A program made the translations under genes and the position numbers. The notes under the pieces were generated by a model. It saw only the letters and a list, made by a program, of their open reading frames with translations, was not told the origin of the DNA and searched no databases. Shown here in pieces: positions 49,069 through 59,214 of a stretch of 64,000 nucleotides of DNA. Where the stretch lies: assembly GCA_964452565.1 (NCBI GenBank), contig CAYVLY010000002.1, positions 119,166 to 183,165 on the forward strand, in the 5' to 3' direction. The DNA comes from an uncultured Gammaproteobacteria bacterium (GTDB taxonomy: Bacteria > Patescibacteriota > Patescibacteriia > UBA9934). Position 1 is the stretch's first letter; the number at the start of each line of letters is the position of its first letter.

Positions 49069-50931
49069 ATGGTTCAGAAAAAAAGACGAACGACTACTCG
49101 TCGAAGCTCTCGACGTAAGCCGTTCCAAAAGAAAAAAGGGGCCACAACCCAGTCTACCAAAAAGCCGACACATCAAAAGGTTAAAGCAAAACCAAAGACA
49201 AATACCAAACGTACCCACCGCAAGCCCCAAAAAACTAGAGTCTTTAAGGGTCGAGGTGGTGATGAAGTTCGTGTAATTGTTCTTGGTGGACTAGAGGAAG
49301 TGGGTCGAAACTGTACACTTATTGAATACAAAAATGACATCATGATCATTGATCTGGGTCTTGAATTCCCAAGCGAAGACATGCATGGAGTGGATTACAT
49401 CATTCCAAACATGGACTATCTTAAGGGGAAGGAAAAGAACGTGCGTGGTGTTGTAATCACCCATGGTCACTATGACCATATCGGAGGAATCCCTCACATT
49501 GTTCCAAAAATTGGAAACCCACCAGTTTATACAATGCCAATCGGTGCTGGAATCATTAAAAAGCGCCAGGAGGATTACCCTCAGTCAAAGATCAACATCA
49601 AAGAGATCGATGCTAAAACAACACTACAGCTTGGAGTCTTTAAAGTGTCATTCATTCACATGAATCACAACATTCCAGACTCAGCAGCTGTTGTGGTAGA
49701 AACTCCGGTTGGAACCATTATCCACTCTGGAGACTGGAAGTTCGACTTCCATCCAGCGGGAGAGGAGCAGGGCGATCTACACAAAATGGCTCGACTTGGC
49801 GACAAGGGTGTATTACTCCTTATGGGTGATTCAACGAATGCCAATAAACATGGACATCAAACCTCAGAAAAAGTCATTGGTGAAGAATTACGAAAGGTTA
49901 TCCAGCAAGCTGACGGTCGAATAGTTATTGGAACATTCGCTTCGCTACTCTCGCGCGTTAAACAGATCCTGGAAATCTCTGAACAACTTGGAAGGAAGGT
50001 CGTAATTAACGGACGATCGATGATAACTAATGTTGAAATCGCAAGACAAAAAGGTTTCATCCACATAAGTGACAAGACCCTAATTCCAGTTGAAAAAATC
50101 AACACATACCCAGACGAAAAAGTCATGGTCGTGTGCACTGGAGCACAAGGAGAAGAAAATGCAGCCCTGAGCAGGATTGCAAATGACGAACACAAAAATA
50201 TTCGTATCAAAGAAGGTGATACTGTCATTTTCTCTAGCTCGATTGTTCCAGGAAATGAAGTTTCTGTGTCCCGCCTAAAAGATACTCTGTACAAGAAAGG
50301 AGCGAATATTATTCACTCCGCAGATATGGATGTTCACGCAGGAGGACATGGAAAAAAGGAAGATATTAAACTTATGATCAGTTTGATTAAACCTGAATAC
50401 TACATGCCAATTGAAGGTAACTACAGCTTGCTTCATGCAAATGCACAAGTTGCCCACTCGCTTGGTTATGATAAGCAACATGTAATCCTTGCTGATAACG
50501 GTCAAGTAATTGAAGTTAAAAAGGACCGAAACGGCAAAGGAAACATTCGCAAAACTCAAGAGAGAGCCAATACTGACTACGTCTTTGTTGACGGGCTCGG
50601 TGTTGGAGATATCTCTCAGATCGTCCTGCGTGACCGAAAGGCACTTGCAGAAGACGGTATGGTCATCCCAGTTATTAAAGTCGACAAGAAAACTGGAAAG
50701 ATGGTTGGAAATGCAGATATTATCAGTCGTGGATTTATCTTTATGAAAGATAACCAAAAGCTCATCCAAGAAACCCGCAAGTTAATTAAGAAGGCGGTGG
50801 TAGATGATGATCCAAAATCCAATGCTGATTCTGACTACATCAAGAAAACAGTTCGAGATGCGGTTGGAAAGTATCTGTTCAAAAAGACCAAGCGTCGACC
50901 AATGATCATTACGCTTGTCATTCAAATCTAG
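49069..50931 (+). CDS. rnj: Ribonuclease J
   Basis: LGGLEEVGRN, THGHYDHIG, HSGDWK, CTGAQGE, RRPMII. Confidence 0.95.
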   Translation: MVQKKRRTTTRRSSRRKPFQKKKGATTQSTKKPTHQKVKAKPKTNTKRTHRKPQKTRVFKGRGGDEVRVIVLGGLEEVGRNCTLIEYKNDIMIIDLGLEFPSEDMHGVDYIIPNMDYLKGKEKNVRGVVITHGHYDHIGGIPHIVPKIGNPPVYTMPIGAGIIKKRQEDYPQSKINIKEIDAKTTLQLGVFKVSFIHMNHNIPDSAAVVVETPVGTIIHSGDWKFDFHPAGEEQGDLHKMARLGDKGVLLLMGDSTNANKHGHQTSEKVIGEELRKVIQQADGRIVIGTFASLLSRVKQILEISEQLGRKVVINGRSMITNVEIARQKGFIHISDKTLIPVEKINTYPDEKVMVVCTGAQGEENAALSRIANDEHKNIRIKEGDTVIFSSSIVPGNEVSVSRLKDTLYKKGANIIHSADMDVHAGGHGKKEDIKLMISLIKPEYYMPIEGNYSLLHANAQVAHSLGYDKQHVILADNGQVIEVKKDRNGKGNIRKTQERANTDYVFVDGLGVGDISQIVLRDRKALAEDGMVIPVIKVDKKTGKMVGNADIISRGFIFMKDNQKLIQETRKLIKKAVVDDDPKSNADSDYIKKTVRDAVGKYLFKKTKRRPMIITLVIQI

Positions 50932-51008
50932 ATTTAACAAAACCCGCGCAGAAAGTGCGGGTTTTGTGTTTTCTGGTATAATCTAAAGGCTAAAATCAAA
51001 TCAGACAT

Positions 51009-51989
51009 ATGCGAGTCCTAACTGGAATACAACCTACAAATATTCTTCATATCGGAAACCTATTTGGTGCTTTAATCCCTGCTGTTGAGCTTCAGAAAGA
51101 TCATGAGCTCTACATGATGATTGCTGACTATCATTCTATAACTGTACCGCAAAATCCTGAGATGCTGAGTGAGAGCATCCTTCTTAACGCTGCAGCCTAT
51201 ATTGCTGCTGGTATCGATCCAACCAAGACTGTACTTTTTCAGCAGTCTCAGATTCCTGCACATACTGAGCTTGCATGGATCCTTGCAAGCCAAACCCACA
51301 TGGGTGAGATGAAAAGGATGACTCAGTTTAAAGACAAGTCTGGTGATAAAGCTGATAAAGTTTCTGTTGGGCTATTTACCTATCCTGTTTTAATGGCTGC
51401 GGATATTCTGCTGTATGACACAGAGGCAGTACCTGTTGGACATGATCAAAAGCAGCATGTTGAGCTGACCCGCGACGTTGGTCAGAGGTTTAACAATGCT
51501 TATGGCGAAACGTTTGTAATTCCAAAACCAATGATTCGCAAACATGGAGCGCGACTTAAGTCTTTGACAGAGCCTGAGAAAAAGATGAGTAAGAGTGCAC
51601 CGAGTGCGAAGAGCTATATTTCATTGATGGACGACCGCGAAATTGTTCACAAGAAAATACGATCTGCCGTGACAGACTCAGGGCAATTGATTACATTTGA
51701 GGAACGGCGTGAAGGACTTTATAACCTGCTTACGATATTTAGTTTGTGCACTGGAAAGTCCGGTGAAGATCTGGCACATGAGTATGCAGAAAAAGGCATG
51801 AAGGTCCTTAAGGACGATCTTGCTGAAGCGCTTTCGAACTATCTAGATCCGATGCAGAGCAAGATGAAGGAACTACTTGAAAACAAAGATGAACTCAAAC
51901 GCATCATCGCGAACGGATCTACAGCCGCTGATAAGGTGGCGAACGCGAAGTTGGCGGAAGTGAAAAAGAAGGTGGGGGTAACGTTATAG
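51009..51989 (+). CDS. trpS: Tryptophan--tRNA ligase
   Basis: TGIQPT, HIGN, YPVLMAADIL, VPVG.DQKQH, KMSKS. Confidence 0.97.
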   Translation: MRVLTGIQPTNILHIGNLFGALIPAVELQKDHELYMMIADYHSITVPQNPEMLSESILLNAAAYIAAGIDPTKTVLFQQSQIPAHTELAWILASQTHMGEMKRMTQFKDKSGDKADKVSVGLFTYPVLMAADILLYDTEAVPVGHDQKQHVELTRDVGQRFNNAYGETFVIPKPMIRKHGARLKSLTEPEKKMSKSAPSAKSYISLMDDREIVHKKIRSAVTDSGQLITFEERREGLYNLLTIFSLCTGKSGEDLAHEYAEKGMKVLKDDLAEALSNYLDPMQSKMKELLENKDELKRIIANGSTAADKVANAKLAEVKKKVGVTL

Positions 51990-52434
51990 CAGAAAGCAGA
52001 ACACAGAACTCAGAACGCAGATCAAGAACCGCCAAACGGCGGTTCTCTTAAATACACGCCTAAGTCCCAAGCCAATTTTCTAGTCTCGACCTCAGGCCTG
52101 CCACGAGCACGTTCATGCTTATCCCCGGGCAGAAAGATGGAATAGCATTTTGATGTCCAGTTTCTCCTTAGATAAAAATTGGATCTCCAAAATGCCCGTC
52201 TGTATGCCTGGGGTATGCATGGACAGCGCAGTGAGGCCAAGCAGTTTCTTTTCCCCATTTCTTTGCTGCTTCAAAGAAATGGGGCCAGGGGTTAGGGGCA
52301 GGATGCCCCATCAATGGGGTTGACTTTCTTGGCCAATCCTGCTATATTCTCTCCGTCAAGTGCATCCTGCGCCTCTGACGCTGAGACAGCCCTCCTAAGC
52401 TGAAACTGAAAAACACATGGAGTGAAACCACACA

Positions 52435-52862
52435 TGTCCGCAGTCCTCCTCGTCTCCCCGCCCAGCTCGAGTCCCACCCCCGGCAGTCCCCTGCCCGACA
52501 CGAGCGCCACACCCCCGTCCGAACAGCCCGTCATCTCAGATGAGCACCGTCGAGTCCTCCAGCATCTGGTCGCCATCGAGTTCGAGATCCCGAACCTGGT
52601 CGACCGCGAAACCATCGCTACCCTCGAGAACGCCGGACAGGTCTGCGACGCTGTAGCCTCCGCGCTCGCCGAGCACTGCGAAGTGACTCACGACGAGCTC
52701 GGGAGCACCTTCCAGACCATCGCCCGGATGAGCATGCTCAACGTGAACATCATGATCCGCATGGCCAAGGCTACCACCTGGCGCGAGTTCTGCAGCGCGA
52801 TCCCGCAGTGCTACCGCCAGGCCTGCGGCAACGCAGTGGTCGCCGGCGCCAGGATCACCTAG
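52435..52862 (+). CDS. Hypothetical protein (GC-rich)
   Basis: Promoter TTGACT-17-TATATT at 52320-52348; downstream hairpin; start codon uncertain (ORF track starts at 52422). Confidence 0.55.
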
Positions 52863-52941
52863 TCCCGTTCTGACTACGCCCACTTGGGTAACGGTCAGCC
52901 CCGTCCCTCCGGACACCTGTTCCGGGGGGCCTTTGTTTCTA

Positions 52942-52970
52942 TTGACATATTCGGCTAATAATGGTATTAT
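52942..52970 (+). promoter_or_regulatory. Sigma-70 promoter of rnpB
   Basis: TTGACA-17 bp-TATTAT. Confidence 0.8.
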
Positions 52971-52976
52971 TCTGTC

Positions 52977-53397
52977 GTTCAGGAAATACGATAGTCGCTT
53001 GACGCTTTGCGTCATGAGGAAAGTCCGAACACCCCCTGCACGGTAACGTGCATGGACAAAGGATGTTGCTAACAGCAACCAAGGGATCAGAACGGGAGGA
53101 ACTGGAATATTGTTCCTGCCAGTCTGATTAACCTTAGGGAAAGTGCCACAGAGACAATACTAGCTCTTCGGAGTTAAAGGTGAAAAGTAGTGCGGTGTCT
53201 GAGGTCAGATGACCTCGATAGGCTACGCACTTCGCTCCATGGTGACATGGAAGCGTGGTAAACCCATCCTGGTGCAAGAGCAAATTTGGTCGCTCGCATG
53301 AAGTGATTGGCAACAATCACTCTAGATAAATGACTATCATCTTATGTCGCCCTACGGGCTATATCAGATACAGAATTCGGCTTACCATTTCCTGAGC
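52977..53397 (+). ncRNA. rnpB: RNase P RNA (class A-like)
   Basis: GAGGAAAGTCC, GAAAGTGCCACAGA, GGTAAACCC..GGTGCAAG, TAGATAAATGA, ACAGAATTCGGCTTA; P1 pairing CAGGAAAT/ATTTCCTG. Confidence 0.95.
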
Positions 53398-53446
53398 AAC
53401 AAAGATCACCGCAATGAGCGGTGTTTTTTGGTATAATCAAAACACT

Positions 53447-54847
53447 ATGAAACGAGTCAACCTCTTCTTTGCCGCACTTCTAGTTCCTTTGGACTATATC
53501 GTTGTTGTTGGAGCTGCCTGCTTTGCTTATTGGATGCGATTTACCCCATTTGTCCGGGAGATTCGGCCAGTAGTTTTTGACCTGCCTTTTGATGCCTACT
53601 TCAAGGTCACTGTAATATCAGGCTTTGTCTTCTTGATAATCTTTGCGCTATCAGGTCTATATGTTATCCGACAAATGCGTCTTGCCACTGAGTTTGTACG
53701 TATCATACTTGCAGTATCAGCTAGTATCGCAGTGGTGCTCGGAATTGCATTTTTCTCCCGTGAGTTGTTTGACTCACGTTTTATTGTTTTGGCGGTTTGG
53801 GGATTTTCACTCATATTCGTCTCGATTGAGAGATACCTTATCAGAATGCTTCAAAGGTCGTTGCGCCATTTTGGCATTGGACTGCAACGCGTGGTGATTA
53901 TTGGAAAAACAAAATCTGGGCAATCACTTAAAAAATACTTTCAACGATATCCAAAAATTGGTTTTGAAGTTGTTGAACACATCACGCATTTCACAGAAAG
54001 CTCAAGAGACAAAATCTTGTCACTTAAGAAAAAAGGGATGGTTGACGCACTAATGCTTGCTAATCCTGAGGCCGACAAGAAAGAGATACGATCAATTAAA
54101 GCATTTTCTGACGTTGAACATCTCAACTTCTACTACTCAGCAGAAATCTTCCCAAGTGGCGCAGTAAAGCCAGTCATACACACACTTGCCGGACAGCCAA
54201 TCATTGAAGTTCCGAAGACTCCGCTAGATGGGTGGGGCGCGATTTGGAAACGTGGATTTGATATTGTCATGTCTTTGTTCTTCATAATACTCACATCACC
54301 GATTCAGATCCTGGCAGCGCTAGCACTATTTATCGAACAGCCCGGTAATGTGTTCTTTGTACATAAACGTGTCGGACAAGGGGGCAAGGCTTACAATCAT
54401 CTTAAGTTCAGATCAATGATAAAAGACGCACATAAGTATCGCTTCGACCCAGAGTTCATTAAAAAGTATGGAAATGAACGCGGCGGGACTCCCCTTTTCA
54501 AACTTACACACGATCCCCGTATCACCCGTGTTGGTCGTATCATACGAAAACTTTCTATTGATGAACTTCCTGAATTATTTATGGTACTGATCGGTCGCAT
54601 GAGCTTGATTGGCCCTCGACCACACATGCCTGAAGAAGTTGAAAAATACAAACCACACCAAAAACAAGTACTCACAATCAAGCCTGGGATGACTGGCATG
54701 GCCCAAGTCGGTGGCCGCGCAGAGCTCGACTTTGATGAAGAAGTTCAACTGGACATGCACTACATCCAAAACTGGAGCCCATGGCTCGACTTGATAATCC
54801 TTTTCAAAACACCAATAGTAGTTATCTTCGGCAAAGGCGCATATTAA
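53447..54847 (+). CDS. Polyprenyl glycosylphosphotransferase (WcaJ/WbaP-like sugar transferase)
   Basis: KRGFDI, KFRSM, DPRITRVG, SIDELPE, SLIGPRP, KPGMTG.AQV. Confidence 0.95.
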   Translation: MKRVNLFFAALLVPLDYIVVVGAACFAYWMRFTPFVREIRPVVFDLPFDAYFKVTVISGFVFLIIFALSGLYVIRQMRLATEFVRIILAVSASIAVVLGIAFFSRELFDSRFIVLAVWGFSLIFVSIERYLIRMLQRSLRHFGIGLQRVVIIGKTKSGQSLKKYFQRYPKIGFEVVEHITHFTESSRDKILSLKKKGMVDALMLANPEADKKEIRSIKAFSDVEHLNFYYSAEIFPSGAVKPVIHTLAGQPIIEVPKTPLDGWGAIWKRGFDIVMSLFFIILTSPIQILAALALFIEQPGNVFFVHKRVGQGGKAYNHLKFRSMIKDAHKYRFDPEFIKKYGNERGGTPLFKLTHDPRITRVGRIIRKLSIDELPELFMVLIGRMSLIGPRPHMPEEVEKYKPHQKQVLTIKPGMTGMAQVGGRAELDFDEEVQLDMHYIQNWSPWLDLIILFKTPIVVIFGKGAY

Positions 54848-54977
54848 AAAACAGACCCCTGCCCATTGTCCATCCTGAGAGAGCCGTCAGGCGAGTCGAA
54901 GGATCTCTTGAAACTTGATTCTTGAGATCCCTCGGCTGACGCTCGGGATGGAATAGGGTGTAGGTCTGTTTTTTGTT

Positions 54978-55583
54978 TTATACCTTATCCATCGTAATCG
55001 TCTCAACCACTACTTTCTTCACTGCCTGACCAATCTTCTCATGCCCCTTCTCGTTCGGATGAAGACCATCCTCTGAAAGATCCTCCATCGAGAGCAACTC
55101 TGAGTTATCGATTACCCGCACTCCCAACTCATCTCCGACTTCCTTCATGATCCCCGCATAACGCAAAACGTCGTCATTGTCATAAGTAAGCTCAGTGCGC
55201 CATGGAACCGGCTGCAGCTTAGAATCATCAATCTGTGTTGGCGTTACCAGAAGAACATGTTCAACCAGTTTGCAAGACTGGTCAATTAGTTCGTGCAGAT
55301 TCTTTTTAAAATCCTCAGGAGCAACCTGATACTCGCCGTTAGCCTTTCCTGAGTCATTCACACCAACAGCAATGATAATAGATCGAGCTGATCGCACTTC
55401 TGCCTCAAGCGAAAGGCGCTTAACCATACCATCGGTCGTGTCTCCGGACACGCCACAGTTGTAAACAAATACGTGATAGTCCTTTTCAAGATCCAATCGC
55501 AGCCGATTAACCCAACCGCCCAACTCATGATCCCAAGCTCCCCACCCAATACTTGTTCCGAAAACGCAAATCTTCTGTGTCAT
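54978..55583 (-). CDS. SGNH/GDSL hydrolase
   Basis: VFGTSIGWG, NCGVSGDT, GVND, DGLHPN..GH. Confidence 0.9.
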   Translation of the reverse strand: MTQKICVFGTSIGWGAWDHELGGWVNRLRLDLEKDYHVFVYNCGVSGDTTDGMVKRLSLEAEVRSARSIIIAVGVNDSGKANGEYQVAPEDFKKNLHELIDQSCKLVEHVLLVTPTQIDDSKLQPVPWRTELTYDNDDVLRYAGIMKEVGDELGVRVIDNSELLSMEDLSEDGLHPNEKGHEKIGQAVKKVVVETITMDKV

Positions 55584-55670
55584 ATACATGAATCTTATCA
55601 AATTGGCCGCTACCAAACAAACAAAATTGCCCTTGCTCAAAGCCCTCTAGCGTGCTTAAATACATCTACT

Positions 55671-56786
55671 ATGAACGTAGCCTTGGTACACGATCACTTG
55701 ACCCAAAATGGCGGTGCAGAACGCGTACTTGAGGCTATGCAAAATATTTGGCCAAAGGCACCCACATTCACTCTTCTGTACGACAAATCCATCATGGATT
55801 CTGTTTTTGGCCATCGCGATATTCGTACAAGCTTTTTACAAAACATACCTGGCTCTCTTAAACGCTCTCGATGGCTCTTACCGTTAATGCCAACCGCAAC
55901 TGAAAGCTACAACCTATCAGAATTCGAAGTGATCGTATCAAGTACCAGCGCTTTTTCAAAAGGAATAATCCCATCAAACGATGCGATTCATATTTGCTAC
56001 TGCCACACACCAACTCGATATCTCTGGTCTGATACACACAGTTACATTGAGGAGCTTAAGGTTCCGGGAGCCATCAAAAGAATCCTCCCTCCAATCTTGA
56101 GCAATCTAAGAGCCTGGGATCGACTGGCAGCAGACAGAGTTGATCACTTTATCGCAAACTCAGAGACAGTTCGAAGGCGAATCAGGAAATACTATCGACG
56201 TGAGAGTGATGTAATCCACCCACCCGTTGAGGTTGATCAATTTAGCGTTACTGATGATCCAAAGGAATACTACTTGATCGGTGGTCGGCTCGTTCCATAC
56301 AAACGATACGATCTTGTTATCGACGCATTCACAAAGCTTGGGATCCCTCTCAAGGTTTTTGGATCTGGTCCGATTGAAAAAGACTTGCGGGCTCGCGCGG
56401 GTGATAACATACAATTCTTGGGCAGAGTTTCAAACGAGGAACGCGCGCGACTTTTCCAAAATGCAATCGCATTTTTGCACCCACAGGAAGAAGACTTTGG
56501 GATTACTCCAGTTGAATCCATGGCTGCAGGTCGTCCAGTCATTGCCTATCGTAAAGGTGGAGCAACTGAGACCGTAATTGATAGAAAGACCGGAATATTT
56601 TTCGACAAGCAGCACTGGGAAGAGATCGCAAACACTGTTCTACACTTTGATCACACGCGATTTGATCCAATGGAGATACGAGAACATGCTAAGCAGTTCT
56701 CAACACAGATTTATCACAAAAAAATGCACGACTATGTGCAGAATAAGTGGGGAGAGCACAGGAAAAAAATATTAGGAATCGTCTAA
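55671..56786 (+). CDS. Glycosyltransferase family 4
   Basis: VALVHDHL...GGAERV, YCHTPTRY, EDFGITPVESMAAGRPV. Confidence 0.93.
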   Translation: MNVALVHDHLTQNGGAERVLEAMQNIWPKAPTFTLLYDKSIMDSVFGHRDIRTSFLQNIPGSLKRSRWLLPLMPTATESYNLSEFEVIVSSTSAFSKGIIPSNDAIHICYCHTPTRYLWSDTHSYIEELKVPGAIKRILPPILSNLRAWDRLAADRVDHFIANSETVRRRIRKYYRRESDVIHPPVEVDQFSVTDDPKEYYLIGGRLVPYKRYDLVIDAFTKLGIPLKVFGSGPIEKDLRARAGDNIQFLGRVSNEERARLFQNAIAFLHPQEEDFGITPVESMAAGRPVIAYRKGGATETVIDRKTGIFFDKQHWEEIANTVLHFDHTRFDPMEIREHAKQFSTQIYHKKMHDYVQNKWGEHRKKILGIV

Positions 56787-56787
56787 T

Positions 56788-57966
56788 ATGCATTTGGCGA
56801 TCGACATAAGGCATTTAGCAGCTGATCAACACTCAGGCATAGGACGTTACACGATCGAAATAATAAAGCGCATGACAAAGATGGCGCCAGATGATTATTT
56901 TACACTTTTTGCAGCAGGATCTTCAGAAACACTTGCGAAACTCCCAAAATTCTCTGGAAGAAATATAGAACTTATCAAAGAAGAAACGCCAAATAGAGCA
57001 CTTTCCGCAAAGCTTCACTTCACAGCCCACACACTTGAAGACTTCTTACCAAAGCAACCTGATCTTTGGTTTTTCCCAAACATCAATATCATCAAAACAC
57101 ACAGGCCATACGTGATAACAATGCATGACCTTTCTTTTGAGCTCTTCCCTAGATTCTTCAGGATAAAAGATCGCATCTGGCACAGGGCTGCAGCACCTCA
57201 ATCACTAGCAGAACACGCGGAGCTAATCTTTGCGGTTTCGGAAAATACAAAGCATAACCTTAGTGCCCTCTGGGGCATTGGTGAGGATAGCATTGTATCT
57301 ACCCCGCTTGGAGTTGACGATCGTTTTGAAACCAAGGAGCAACCATGCGACAAGAATTATCTGCAATCGCACAGTATTGATTATCCGTATATTTTAAGCC
57401 TTTGCACGCTTGAACCGCGCAAGAACATTGAAACCATTGTAGAAGCATACGAAATTTGGCGGGAACAGAACACAGAACACAGAACCCAGCCGAAGGCCCT
57501 GAGCCTGTCGAAGGGAACACAGAACACAGAACCCCACTTAGTTATTGCTGGAGGTCGCGGGTGGAAGAATGATTACCTTCACAAACGTATTCGATCCTCA
57601 AGGTACTCATCAGACATTCATGTTCTGGGGTATATTAAGGAAAATCACAAACCAACACTATATAGACACGCAGAGCTATTCTTGTTCCCATCGTTTTTTG
57701 AAGGATTTGGTCTGCCAATTGTTGAAGCTATGGCAAGTGGGACCCAGGTGATTACAAGTTTTACTGGATCTATGCAGGAGGTCGGCAAAGAGCATGTGAT
57801 CTTCGTGGATCCATACAACGTACACGACCTGGTGCATGCTATCGATGTTGGTTTAAAAACAGATCACAACCTTGGACCACATATCCCATCTATTTTCTCC
57901 TGGAACGCTGCCGCAATGCGTACACTGATGTCGATCAAGGCATTGGAAAAAGAGGCTGTAGAGTAA
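56788..57966 (+). CDS. Glycosyltransferase family 4 with an in-frame REP insertion
   Basis: SGIGRY, TLEPRKN, FPSFFEGFGLPIVEAMASG. Confidence 0.92.
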   Translation: MHLAIDIRHLAADQHSGIGRYTIEIIKRMTKMAPDDYFTLFAAGSSETLAKLPKFSGRNIELIKEETPNRALSAKLHFTAHTLEDFLPKQPDLWFFPNINIIKTHRPYVITMHDLSFELFPRFFRIKDRIWHRAAAPQSLAEHAELIFAVSENTKHNLSALWGIGEDSIVSTPLGVDDRFETKEQPCDKNYLQSHSIDYPYILSLCTLEPRKNIETIVEAYEIWREQNTEHRTQPKALSLSKGTQNTEPHLVIAGGRGWKNDYLHKRIRSSRYSSDIHVLGYIKENHKPTLYRHAELFLFPSFFEGFGLPIVEAMASGTQVITSFTGSMQEVGKEHVIFVDPYNVHDLVHAIDVGLKTDHNLGPHIPSIFSWNAAAMRTLMSIKALEKEAVE

Positions 57967-58080
57967 TTTTTGCTTAGTGTTTTTTCGAACAATTCAGGTG
58001 TTCATCGCACCTGTATTTTTTATCCACTGTTACCCACATTTGAACACAGAAAGTGCACGAAAAAATGGTAAAATAGATGC

Positions 58081-59211
58081 ATGCGTATTGGTATTGATGC
58101 TAGATTTTATGGACCCCGAGTGGGCGGAGGCGGACTTGGTCGTTACGTCGCTGAATTAGTGACTCATTTACAAGAAATTGACCAAAAAAATCAGTACGTT
58201 CTTTTTTTACGTAAAGACAACTTTCACGAATGTCGAATAACTAACAAGAACTTCTCAAAGCAACTTGTTGACATTCCTTGGTACACGCTAGAGGAGCAGA
58301 TGAAAATGCCGGGAGTGGTTGCACGCTCGCAAGTGGACTTCATGCACTACCCACACTGGAACGTTCCGATCTTTTCGAAAGTACCATTCATAGTAACAGT
58401 CCATGATCTCATAATGCTTGAACTGCCTCGCTCTTCAAGGGTTAGCACTCGCAGTCCGATTGTTTACGGATTTAAGCATGCAGGATTTAGAATGACGCTT
58501 GAGAGTGCAATTCATAGATCTCGACACATTCTTACGGTGTCAAAGTATACTAAGCAGTCGATCCTCAAACATTTTGGCGTAAAGCAGGATGAGATAACAG
58601 TCATCCTAAATGGAGTTATTCCACCTCGTGAAGCCCGATCTGTTAGTCTCACCGCTCTCGGTGTATATCAGCCGTACTTTCTCTATGTTGGAAATGCTTA
58701 TCCGCACAAGAATATCGAAATGATGATGCATGCATTCGCGCAGTTTCATGAGAATCATCCATATGTACAGTTAGTAATTGCCGGACGTCGTGATGTATTT
58801 TCACAAAGATTGGAAAAAGAAGCTGATGAGCTTGGTCTAAAGGGTGAGGCTGTTCGATTCATTGATCTACCAACAGATGAAGAACTTGCTGCACTTTATA
58901 AAAATGCAAATCTATTCATCTTCCCTTCTCGAATCGAGGGATTTGGGATCCCACCACTTGAGGCAATGAGCTATGGGACTCCGGTCGCGGCAGCAAAAAC
59001 AAGTTCGATTCCCGAGGTTTGCAAGCATGCTGCTCACTACTTTGAACCAGACGATATCGAGGCGCTCGCAGAGCTTATGCGCCAAGCAGCAGATGAGCCT
59101 GAACGTTTTGATCAAAGCACAAAGGATGGATTCAAAGTTGCTGAAAGTTATACATGGCGCGAAACAGCAAAACAGACTTTAGAAGTTTACAATAATCAAT
59201 CACTACTCTAA
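58081..59211 (+). CDS. Glycosyltransferase family 4
   Basis: MRIGIDARF, GLGRY, YPHKN, EGFGIPPLEAM. Confidence 0.93.
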   Translation: MRIGIDARFYGPRVGGGGLGRYVAELVTHLQEIDQKNQYVLFLRKDNFHECRITNKNFSKQLVDIPWYTLEEQMKMPGVVARSQVDFMHYPHWNVPIFSKVPFIVTVHDLIMLELPRSSRVSTRSPIVYGFKHAGFRMTLESAIHRSRHILTVSKYTKQSILKHFGVKQDEITVILNGVIPPREARSVSLTALGVYQPYFLYVGNAYPHKNIEMMMHAFAQFHENHPYVQLVIAGRRDVFSQRLEKEADELGLKGEAVRFIDLPTDEELAALYKNANLFIFPSRIEGFGIPPLEAMSYGTPVAAAKTSSIPEVCKHAAHYFEPDDIEALAELMRQAADEPERFDQSTKDGFKVAESYTWRETAKQTLEVYNNQSLL

Positions 59212-59214
59212 GGC

